From Anaerolineaceae bacterium UBA5311 (GTDB lineage Bacteria; Chloroflexota; Anaerolineae; Anaerolineales; Anaerolineaceae): a DNA stretch of 63,297 nucleotides. Position 1 is the stretch's first letter. Every line of letters begins with the position of its first letter. The stretch lies in the NCBI GenBank assembly GCA_002411175.1, contig DHRN01000039.1, forward strand, positions 1 to 63,297. Direction: 5' to 3'. Shown one piece after another: positions 55,351 through 63,297 of the stretch. Under the pieces are notes generated by a model that was not told the origin of the DNA, did no database searches, and was given only the letters and a program-made list of their open reading frames with translations. The translations under genes were made by a program, and so were the position numbers.

Positions 55351-56391
55351 ATGCACTCTCAACTGACATTCTTTTGCGAACTGGATGGGGCTGCGCTCGA
55401 GCGGCTCTTCGAAAACCGATTCATCTTCGATGATCTCAAAACCCTGGGCGCTTCTGTATCCCTGGGAATCCTCGACTTTTCTTATGAACGCGTCGAGGTT
55501 GTTCGCAAGCTCAACCAACTCGCAATTCCGGTAACTGCCTGGCTATTGCTTACAAAAGAAGAGGGATATTGGTTCAACCTGGAGAATCACGCACAAGCTC
55601 TGAAGCGCTATGCCGATTTCAAAGCCTGGACAGATAAAAACAACCTGCTTTGGAGCGGAATTGGGCTGGACATCGAGCCGGATATCAACCAGATGACCGA
55701 CGCCGTGTCATTTCGTCCGAGTGTGCTCAAAAAAGCATTGAAACGCTATTTTCAGAAAAATACGCTCAAAGAAGCCGAACTTGCCTACCGAAAACTGGTG
55801 GTGACAATTAAGGAGGATGGTTACTTCCTGGAAGCTTACCACTTTCCTTTTATCATCGACGACCGAAAAGCCGGATCTACAGTCGCTCAGCGATTGGGCG
55901 GGCTTGTGGATGTTCCTGTTGATCGTGAGGTACTGATGCTTTACTCGAGCTTGTTTCAACCGCTGGGCAACCGGCTGCTATGGAGCTATGCCGGGGAAGC
56001 GCAAGCCATCGGCATCGGAATCACCGGCGGTGGCGTGCTGATGGAAGGAAGGCAAGCCCCAAAACTTCTGAATTGGGATGAATTCACTGCCGATCTGAGC
56101 TTTGCCTGGCAATCGGGCAAGCCAGTGTATGTCTTCAGCCTGGAGGGCTGCGTTAAACAAGGTTTCCTCCCGCGCCTGGTAACTTTTGATCCTTCTGGTG
56201 AGGTAGAGCGTCCAGGAACCACTATCGTGAAACATGCGCGGAAGGGGTTGGGCGTTTTTCTGTGGATACTCGAGCGACCCTTCGTAATCCTGGCGGGTTT
56301 TGCGGGAATCATTGGCGCTGTTTTGGCAATTCGCAGCGGTAAAAAACGGACTAAAAAAGTTATCCGGAACGATTCAACCAGGTTTGAGTAA
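55351..56391 (+). CDS. Hypothetical protein with C-terminal TM anchor
   Basis: 346-aa ORF, no family recognised. C-terminal PFVILAGFAGIIGAVLAI followed by a KKRTKK stop-transfer. The 3' end overlaps rsmA tail-to-tail by 32 nt. Confidence 0.5.
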   Translation: MHSQLTFFCELDGAALERLFENRFIFDDLKTLGASVSLGILDFSYERVEVVRKLNQLAIPVTAWLLLTKEEGYWFNLENHAQALKRYADFKAWTDKNNLLWSGIGLDIEPDINQMTDAVSFRPSVLKKALKRYFQKNTLKEAELAYRKLVVTIKEDGYFLEAYHFPFIIDDRKAGSTVAQRLGGLVDVPVDREVLMLYSSLFQPLGNRLLWSYAGEAQAIGIGITGGGVLMEGRQAPKLLNWDEFTADLSFAWQSGKPVYVFSLEGCVKQGFLPRLVTFDPSGEVERPGTTIVKHARKGLGVFLWILERPFVILAGFAGIIGAVLAIRSGKKRTKKVIRNDSTRFE

Positions 56392-57199
56392 GGGTTTCCC
56401 ACTCCGGGATGCTCAAGGTTTCTGCCCGGCGTTGGGGATCAATGCCGCTTTCCAACAGGAGCTTCTCTATTTCTGCGCCCGGAAGCGCCAGCCCGGCTGA
56501 GAGCGAGTTGCGCAGCGTTTTTCGTTTTTGTCCGAAACCGGCATGGGCAAGTTTAAAGAACGTTTTCTGCTGCTCCAGCGAAACCAGCGGCTCGGGGTAG
56601 AGATCAACTTTCAAAACCGCCGAATCGACATCCGGAGCAGGCAAAAAACTACCCGCCGGTATGACCCCGGCTATGGAGACTTTGCCAAAAACTTGTACAG
56701 ACAGTGACAACAGGCTCATCTTGCCATCGCGCGCAAGGACTCGCTCGGCTACTTCTTTCTGAACGGTCAGAATTATACGCCGGGGTCGCGTTTTTGCTTC
56801 CACCAGGTGGCGGATAATTGCGCTGGAAATGTAGTAGGGGATATTGGCGACGACCACGTAATCAGGTGATTGAACCAACTCGTCCGGTGAGAGTGCCAGG
56901 ATGTCGCCTTCGACGATGCGAACATTCTCAAAAGGTTTCAGCGCCTCGCTCAGCGGCTTGAGCATTTTTCTATCGATCTCGACAGCAGTGACCTGTTTGG
57001 CGAGCTGCGCCAGGAGAAATGTAAGGCTGCCCAGTCCCGCGCCGATCTCTAACACTTCATCTTCCGGGTCGAGCCCGGCGGCATCGATCACCTTGTTCAG
57101 ACCGGCGGGTTCCACAAGGAAGTTTTGCCCCAAAGATTTCTTTGGTTTGATGCTGAACTTCTTTAATAATGGAAAGATATCGAGATAGTTAAGCGTCAT
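56360..57199 (-). CDS. rsmA: 16S rRNA (adenine1518/1519-N6)-dimethyltransferase
   Basis: KSLGQNFL, EIGAGLGSLT, NIPYYISS. ATG 57199 overlaps the upstream stop; the ORF maximum 57304 is an artefact. Confidence 0.9.
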   Translation of the reverse strand: MTLNYLDIFPLLKKFSIKPKKSLGQNFLVEPAGLNKVIDAAGLDPEDEVLEIGAGLGSLTFLLAQLAKQVTAVEIDRKMLKPLSEALKPFENVRIVEGDILALSPDELVQSPDYVVVANIPYYISSAIIRHLVEAKTRPRRIILTVQKEVAERVLARDGKMSLLSLSVQVFGKVSIAGVIPAGSFLPAPDVDSAVLKVDLYPEPLVSLEQQKTFFKLAHAGFGQKRKTLRNSLSAGLALPGAEIEKLLLESGIDPQRRAETLSIPEWETLTQTWLNRSG

Positions 57200-58581
57200 G
57201 GTAATACCCCCGGGTAACTTGCGGGAACTGGCGTGAGGAAATAGAGCATGGTCCAGTGATGCCAGCCGATGTAGTTTTCGTCGTCGTAACCAAGGTCGAT
57301 CCAATACCTGCCTGGGATGCCGTAACCCGAATCAGCAATTGTGCCAAAACCATAGCCAGGAACATATACCGGCTGCAAAGCCATATTCGGATACCAGGCA
57401 GCCGACACGGCAACGATCCCTTTAGTCAGCGGGAGCCCGGAACGGGTGATAGCACCGTTGTCAAATTGAGAAGGGTGATAGGAGGTGGCATAGACACTGA
57501 CCTTGCGCCAGTATTCAAGGTTTTGTCCATCGACATTTTCCGTTTTGACCGCAGCCTGCATGCCATAACCGAGGACACCGTCGGCAGCCTGGCTGGCTTG
57601 CCACTCGGGCTCGCTCACGGCTGAAACCACCAGGCCATCTTCGATCCGCTCTATCGTTCGGCTTACCATAATTCCGGGGCGTCCGGGCTCGATGACCGAT
57701 GTAGTGTCCAATTCGGCTTCAGGGTCTGGCTGGTAGGAGTAGGAGAAGGTGGTCTCGTCGGTCAGCAGGGTCAATCTTTCGGATACATGGCGCAGACTGA
57801 TAGTTCCATCCTGGGGAACATCGCTGCTTTCAGAGGGCTGCGCGTAGTCGAGGAATTGAGGGGTTATGCCCAGATCTGCCAGCGCGTGGGCGACGGTATC
57901 TGCCGGGCTCATTCCGCATAGATTATTTACCCAAACCTGTTTTGCCGCGGTCAGGTTTAGGCGGTTTTCCGCTTGAAGTTGGGTTTCGAGCGGGGGGTCA
58001 AATTCATCGAGGGGGTGAACGGACAAATCGCTTTCATTGATCGCCTCCTGAAAAGTTTCTGCCTGGGTGAAGATCGTCGCCAGGTATTGACCGTCTGAAT
58101 AGATGTCCACCCGCCTGGCGGGCAGATATTCGATGATAACGTCCTGCCCGGAGCTGAGGGGCTGGTTGAAGGCGGTAATCTGACCATCCACTTTGATCAA
58201 ATCATGTGGATAGAGGTTAATATCGGCTTCCCTGAGGAGGTTTGCGGGGATAAGTTCAGCACTATAGAGGATTTGTTCGTTTTCCCCGGTTTTTATCAGA
58301 ACGCTGCGAGCCTGGTCTAGTTGGACCTGGTTGGGTAAGTTCAGGGTGGAACGATCGGGGTTGATGGTCAGGGCGTCTTCAGGGTAGAGCTCGATGTCTG
58401 CCATGTCGAATAGCTGTCTGGCGTTGAAGGCGATCGCTCTGATGCGTATTTGATTGCCATTGACCAGGAGTGTGTATGACTGGACCCGCGAGAGGGTTAT
58501 CAGCGCCAGTCCAGCCAGGAGCAAAATTGCGATGATGGCAATTCGGACTAGGGATGAGAGCTTGTCAATGAAATTCTTCAT
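57196..58581 (-). CDS. YabE-like cell-wall protein (DUF348 repeats, G5, C-terminal 3D/DPBB domain)
   Basis: N-terminal TM after MKNFIDKL, repeated ...V.V.V.G... modules, C-terminal VSVYATSYHPS...GIVAVS...YVPGYGFGTIADSG. The yabE-rsmA synteny matches Firmicutes. Confidence 0.8.
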   Translation of the reverse strand: MKNFIDKLSSLVRIAIIAILLLAGLALITLSRVQSYTLLVNGNQIRIRAIAFNARQLFDMADIELYPEDALTINPDRSTLNLPNQVQLDQARSVLIKTGENEQILYSAELIPANLLREADINLYPHDLIKVDGQITAFNQPLSSGQDVIIEYLPARRVDIYSDGQYLATIFTQAETFQEAINESDLSVHPLDEFDPPLETQLQAENRLNLTAAKQVWVNNLCGMSPADTVAHALADLGITPQFLDYAQPSESSDVPQDGTISLRHVSERLTLLTDETTFSYSYQPDPEAELDTTSVIEPGRPGIMVSRTIERIEDGLVVSAVSEPEWQASQAADGVLGYGMQAAVKTENVDGQNLEYWRKVSVYATSYHPSQFDNGAITRSGLPLTKGIVAVSAAWYPNMALQPVYVPGYGFGTIADSGYGIPGRYWIDLGYDDENYIGWHHWTMLYFLTPVPASYPGVLP

Positions 58582-58670
58582 ATTTTCGCAGTATATCACA
58601 ATGCCGGGGTGTGGAATTTTTGATATTAATCCAGCAGCAATTCTCAATGTGAATGTGTTTAGATCTAAAA

Positions 58671-59076
58671 GGGGAACAGGAAGCAGGGAGCAGGGAACAG
58701 GGAGCAGGAACTGGGTTCTGTCATCCTGAGCCTCTTTTGCGAAGGATCTTGTCAATCGGAACGGTGAGACCCTTATGAATTATTCACTTACGAAGTGATT
58801 GTCCCGTTCCGGCTAAGCCATCTTTCCGTAGGGCGTGATTGAGGGGGTGGTAACCTTGGTGTGCCGGCGATGTTGCCCCCCCTCAATCCACCATACATCA
58901 TGACCACGAGAAACGGCGGATTGGAGGCGCGATACACTCTTGCCTATGGAAATACCCGGCACCTCCAATACCGACTTCGTTGGTACAGACGTCTCGCCCT
59001 ACGGCAGTTCGCGGGACGGCATGGCGGCCGTCTCCCACACAACAAAAAAGACAGAATTTTCCATATTGAGAATTCC
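58671..59076. repeat. Composite repeat: family 1 module (58671-58800) followed by family 2 modules (58801-59076)
   Basis: ggggaacaggaagcagggagcagggaacagg...tgtcatcctgagcctcttttgcgaaggatc, then gttccggctaagccatc. Hairpins attgaggggg/ccccctcaat and attggagg/cctccaat, gggacggcatggcggccgtc, and ttccatattgagaattcc. Confidence 0.85.
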
Positions 59077-59242
59077 TGATCCATGCAGGAAACCTTAACA
59101 GGACGATCGAAAGTACAGTTGTATATGGACGACCGTCGGTTGGGTCAGATACGGGAGGATCGGTGTGGGTTATATGCGAAGGATCGATTTAGACAATCTT
59201 TACCACACGCTCCAGTTTGCCCCAATTTGCCGTAAAAGCAGG

Positions 59243-62200
59243 CTATCCCGTGCGTTTTAGCTTCCGCAAAACCCGCATAAGGGCAATTTGCCAGGGTTCT
59301 TCAGCGAGGTTTCTGATGTTGATCCAATAGGCATTGCGTCCAACCCTGGCAACCGGGTCTATTTCGGGTAAGCCGCGTTCTTTCATACCCTGTGGCAGCG
59401 CTGGATAGCTGAGGATCAGCTGCTGGTTCACAAGGCTGACAGATTCCAGACCGGCTTCCTCACCGGCAAGCTTGACCTTCATCTGGAAGAAAAGGTCCTC
59501 CAACCCCTGTGGCATTTCACCAAAACGATCGCGAAACTCGATTTCTGTCTGGGCGATTTCTTCATCCGTACGCAGGTTGGAAATACGGCGGTAAAGCTTC
59601 AGGCGCAACTCCTCGTCCGGGATGTAGCTGGAAGGGATTTCGCTGTTAAGCGGCAGATCGACATTAATGTTCAGACTGCTCACCTGGAACCAGGTCTGAT
59701 CGCTTACAGGCAGCGGTTCGAGGTCAGAATCGGAGCGCATCGCCCTTACCGCCTGGCTGAGCAGCCTGGTATACATCTGGAAGCCAACGGCGGCGATATA
59801 ACCCGACTGGCGCGTTCCAAGCAGGTCGCCGGCTCCACGCATCTCGAGATCGCGCATGGCAATGGCATAACCCGCACCCAGCGATGAATTGTCCGCCAGC
59901 ACTTCCAGGCGTTCCTCACCCTCAGGGGTCGGGCTGCGACGCTTGTCTCTGAAGAGATAGGCATACGCACGCTGCGCGCCGCGTCCAACCCGTCCACGCA
60001 GCTGATAAAGCTGCGCCAGTCCAAATGTATCGGCACGGTCGACGATCAGCGTGTTTGCGTTGGGGATATCCAGACCGGATTCAATGATCGATGTGGAAAG
60101 CAGCACGTCGATTTGCCCCGAAGTGAACTGCTGCATCACTTCTGCCAGCTGATGTTCGGGTAGTTGACCATGTCCAATACCGATGCGGGCTTCGGGCACC
60201 AGGTTTTGCAAGTGATTGTAGACCGCGCCAATAGACTGGACGCGGTTGTGCACAAAAAAGACCTGACCACCGCGGTCCAGCTCGCGGACGATCGCTTCGC
60301 GTACAAGCTTGGGCGAGTAGGGACCGATGTGGGTGACGATTGGCAGGCGTTCTTCAGGGGGGCTGTTGAGGGTGGAAATATCGCGCACGCCGCTTAGCGC
60401 CATGTAAAGCGTCCGGGGGATGGGTGTGGCAGTCATGGTGAGGACGTCAACCTCCTCACGCAGTTTTTTGAGATGCTCTTTATGGGCAACGCCGAAACGT
60501 TGTTCTTCGTCGATGATCACCAGCCCAAGGTCTTTGAAAAAAACGTCGCTTGAGACCAGGCGGTGGGTGCCAATGACGATATCAATTTGTTTATCTGCCA
60601 ACCTTTTGATGATGTTATCCTGCTCTTTGGGGCTGCGAAAGCGGGAGAGCATCTCAACTTCGACCGGAAAGACAGACAAGCGCTGCCTGAAGGTCTCATA
60701 ATGCTGCTGGGCGAGAACGGTGGTTGGCACAAGGACTGCCACCTGCTTGCCATCCGAGACTGCCTTAAAAGCCGCCCTCAGGGCAACCTCGGTCTTCCCG
60801 TAACCGACATCGCCACATAGCAGACGGTCCATCGGACGCTCAGATTCCATATCTTTTTTAATTTCTTCCAGCGCGAGCACCTGATCGGGGGTTTCGATGT
60901 AGGGAAAAGAGGCTTCCAGCTCCTGCTGCCAGTCTGAATCGGGACTGAAGGCATAGCCTTCCGCTAGCTGGCGCTTTGCATAGAGTTCCAGCAGGTCTGC
61001 CGCGATTTCCACTACCGCATGACGAACTTTTGTCCTGGTATTGTCCCAGTCATTTCCAACCAGGTTGTTGATTGCGGGAGGTGAACTATCCGGACCGATA
61101 TAGCGGCTGATACGGTCTGCCTGGTGGATCGGAACGTAGAGAACATCGTTGTTTTTATATTGGATCGCCAGATACTCACGCTGGTTGCCGTCAATGGTCG
61201 GTTTGTGCAGACCGATAAACTGACCGATGCCGTGATCGACATGGACCACAAAATCGCCCGGATTGAGATCCGCGAAGACCATTTCCGGCGCTTCGGAGCT
61301 GATTGGAGGTCGCCGGCGGGGTTGAGGGCGGCTCCAGCCAAAAATTTCACTGTCCGTGAGCAGGTGATGAACCTCGCTGTCATTTTGCTGCAGGACCCAT
61401 CCTCCCGAGAGCGATCCTTCGATAAAATTGACGCGGTCACCCTGGAAATCAGGATGGGTTTCGATCCATAGCTGCTGCAAGCGGGCTGCCTGCCTGGATA
61501 CAACCGTCCAGGATTCAAACTTTTTGTTGAGCTCGTCCAGGTGGGTTTGGAATTCTTTTAGTCTGCCGGCAAAGCGGGGACCAGGGTCGAACAATTTTGA
61601 CAGAGACGAGCCGCCCCCGGCATTGGTGTGACCGAGTTCGATCACCTGTTTGGCAGAATTGCTATCGAGCAATTCGGACCAGGTCAGGTAGGGCGCTTTA
61701 TAGGAGAAGCCAGGGTCTGCCTGGGTGAGTTCCCGGCGCCGCTCAAGGGCATCTTCCTCAATATCGTTGGCAGCTGCCGAGATAAACTCTTCACCATCCA
61801 ATAAGATAAGTGTGTCAGCCGGTAAAAAGTCGATCAGGCTTGAGGGGAACCTGTAGAGATTGGGTATATCCTGCTCTCTCAGCTGGTAAGGCAACTCGCC
61901 ATCTGCCATTCCGGCAATGGGCATCGCCTCTGAGGTGGGGAAGATGGTCACGTTTTCAAGCTTGCCCTCCGATCGTTGGGTGGCTGGGTCGAAGAAGCGC
62001 AGCGTGTCAATTTCATCTCCGAAAAAATCCAGGCGATATGGGCGGTTATCCGATGGCGACCAGACATCCAGAATGCCTCCCCGGCGTGAAAATTGACCAG
62101 GCTGAACGACGATATTGCTGTATTCATAACCAATACCAACGAGGTGGGCTGCCAGGGCAGGCAGATCGCGTTTATCATTCAATTTAATGCGCATAGTTTG

Positions 62201-62659
62201 TTTAATGAAATCCCGGCGGGGCACGGTCCGAGTCATGACCGCCCGGATTGGAGCAACGATCACCGCAGCCTCGACGGGCTTTTGAAATCCAGGCAGCAAA
62301 TACTGACTCAATGTGGTCAGAACCCGCAGGCGATCCAGGCGGGTGCTCTGGGACCAATCCAGGTCTTCATAAAAAAGCGGATTTGGTTCCGGAAAATAGA
62401 GGTTGTTCTCAGCATCCAGCCAGAAGGAGAGCTCGTCAAACAGGGAGAGAGCCCGGTCAGACCGGTTGGTGAGCAGCAGAATCGGGCGGTTGAGATCTGT
62501 ATGCAATGCAGCCAAAACCGCCAGGCGGGCGGAGCGCGGCAAACCCAAACCACGCCGGTCGGGCTTCGAAAACGCGCCTTCCTCAATCGAACGGGTGAAT
62601 TCCTGGTAGGGAAGTAAGGCGCTGATAATCCGGATCAGAGTTTCTTCAGCCAACTTCAC
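59243..62659 (-). CDS. mfd: Transcription-repair coupling factor
   Basis: [11 protein letters not shown] (RNAP-interaction/TRG region), helicase [18 protein letters not shown]. 1138 aa, GTG start. Confidence 0.95.
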   Translation of the reverse strand: MKLAEETLIRIISALLPYQEFTRSIEEGAFSKPDRRGLGLPRSARLAVLAALHTDLNRPILLLTNRSDRALSLFDELSFWLDAENNLYFPEPNPLFYEDLDWSQSTRLDRLRVLTTLSQYLLPGFQKPVEAAVIVAPIRAVMTRTVPRRDFIKQTMRIKLNDKRDLPALAAHLVGIGYEYSNIVVQPGQFSRRGGILDVWSPSDNRPYRLDFFGDEIDTLRFFDPATQRSEGKLENVTIFPTSEAMPIAGMADGELPYQLREQDIPNLYRFPSSLIDFLPADTLILLDGEEFISAAANDIEEDALERRRELTQADPGFSYKAPYLTWSELLDSNSAKQVIELGHTNAGGGSSLSKLFDPGPRFAGRLKEFQTHLDELNKKFESWTVVSRQAARLQQLWIETHPDFQGDRVNFIEGSLSGGWVLQQNDSEVHHLLTDSEIFGWSRPQPRRRPPISSEAPEMVFADLNPGDFVVHVDHGIGQFIGLHKPTIDGNQREYLAIQYKNNDVLYVPIHQADRISRYIGPDSSPPAINNLVGNDWDNTRTKVRHAVVEIAADLLELYAKRQLAEGYAFSPDSDWQQELEASFPYIETPDQVLALEEIKKDMESERPMDRLLCGDVGYGKTEVALRAAFKAVSDGKQVAVLVPTTVLAQQHYETFRQRLSVFPVEVEMLSRFRSPKEQDNIIKRLADKQIDIVIGTHRLVSSDVFFKDLGLVIIDEEQRFGVAHKEHLKKLREEVDVLTMTATPIPRTLYMALSGVRDISTLNSPPEERLPIVTHIGPYSPKLVREAIVRELDRGGQVFFVHNRVQSIGAVYNHLQNLVPEARIGIGHGQLPEHQLAEVMQQFTSGQIDVLLSTSIIESGLDIPNANTLIVDRADTFGLAQLYQLRGRVGRGAQRAYAYLFRDKRRSPTPEGEERLEVLADNSSLGAGYAIAMRDLEMRGAGDLLGTRQSGYIAAVGFQMYTRLLSQAVRAMRSDSDLEPLPVSDQTWFQVSSLNINVDLPLNSEIPSSYIPDEELRLKLYRRISNLRTDEEIAQTEIEFRDRFGEMPQGLEDLFFQMKVKLAGEEAGLESVSLVNQQLILSYPALPQGMKERGLPEIDPVARVGRNAYWINIRNLAEEPWQIALMRVLRKLKRTG

Positions 62660-63242
62660 CGTTAAACCTGTTCATTGCAGTGGTCAGTCCATCAACAATA
62701 AAGCACTCTATCGCGTCGATAGCCTGGTTGATGACCATTTTTTTCAGTTCTTCCTCCGCGGGAAGGAACTTTTGCAGAACGTAATCTTTGGGGTCCATCT
62801 GCCCGATGGGGCGGTTGATACCCAGACGCATACGGGGGAAGTCCTGTGTGCCGATGTGCCTGGTGATCGATTCCATTCCTCGCTGCCCGGCGGTGCTTCC
62901 GGATGGACGGATGCGCAGCGTGCCGAGAGGCAGGTCGAGATCGTCATGGATGACCAGCATGTTCTCAAAGGGAACTTTGAAATAGCGCAGCAAAGGTGCC
63001 ACAGCGCGACCGGATTCGTTCATGTAGGTGAGCGGCTTGGCGAGAATGACTTTGTTGCCTTTATAACGGTCTTCTGCGATGATCGCCTGAAATTTGATGC
63101 GCTTCAGCTGAACAGACCATTTTTCTGCCAGGGCGTTGAGCGCCATGAAGCCGAAATTGTGCCGGGTAAGGCGATATTCGGCTCCTGGGTTGCCCAAACC
63201 GACGATTAAAAAGCAATCCTGAGTATTTTTTCTAAACAACAT
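62646..63242 (-). CDS. pth: Peptidyl-tRNA hydrolase
   Basis: LIVGLGNPG, TRHNFGF, HDDLDLPLG. ATG at 63242. 14-nt overlap with mfd. Confidence 0.9.
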   Translation of the reverse strand: MLFRKNTQDCFLIVGLGNPGAEYRLTRHNFGFMALNALAEKWSVQLKRIKFQAIIAEDRYKGNKVILAKPLTYMNESGRAVAPLLRYFKVPFENMLVIHDDLDLPLGTLRIRPSGSTAGQRGMESITRHIGTQDFPRMRLGINRPIGQMDPKDYVLQKFLPAEEELKKMVINQAIDAIECFIVDGLTTAMNRFNGEVG

Positions 63243-63297
63243 GATCCATCCTCGCAATCTTTTATTTTAACATGGAAACCTGCTGATTTACTCAAGT

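Noticed and set aside
57200-58755. Maximal ORF starts for yabE-like (58755), rsmA (57304), C39-like (3938), DUF3048 (8052), rsmG (54500) and GT2 (48469)
   Set aside because: The upstream extensions run through repeat DNA or the preceding gene and lack signal or TM logic. Internal ATGs give canonical N-termini and operon-style overlaps.

Overview
63.3-kb bacterial chromosomal window, about half G+C by eye and very gene-dense. It holds about 55 protein genes and three tRNAs (Met-CAT, Ser-GCT, Ser-TGA). I see no rRNA, CRISPR, transposase, integrase or phage genes. Most content is housekeeping: pstSCAB, fba, glnS, msrA, gpmA, xpt-guaA, folD, udk, rsmG, rsmA, mfd, pth, selB. There is also an ArsR/P1B-ATPase metal module and a tightly coupled GntR / GlpD-like / AGPS-like flavoprotein / FGGY-kinase operon. 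A 17-kb co-directional minus-strand gene string (36.1-53.0 kb) mixes nucleobase-catabolism-type enzymes, two fold-type-II PLP enzymes, a GT2, three translationally coupled degenerate antiporter-like (complex I/Mrp-type) membrane proteins, a coiled-coil protein and selB. Monoderm-type markers (YabE-like DUF348/G5/3D, DUF3048, YkuD) and several TATAAT-6/7-nt-start-codon arrangements suggest a Chloroflexota-like lineage, but taxonomy cannot be verified here. The gene list does not explain one thing: nearly every long intergenic gap (1-134, 3.7-4.1 kb, 8.1-8.35 kb, 16.6-17.95 kb, 25.65 kb, 54.3-54.5 kb, 58.7-59.1 kb) is filled by one family of modular, hairpin-rich repeats, the largest block being a 1.1-kb higher-order tandem array beside tRNA-Met. 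The best candidates for something new are (1) that repeat family and array, (2) the orphan antiporter-like + coiled-coil + selB module, and (3) an AT-rich single-gene DUF262/DUF1524 (GmrSD-type) island between gpmA and guaA. I do not see a clear-cut multi-gene defence or secretion system. All homology calls are motif recognition by eye, not database searches.
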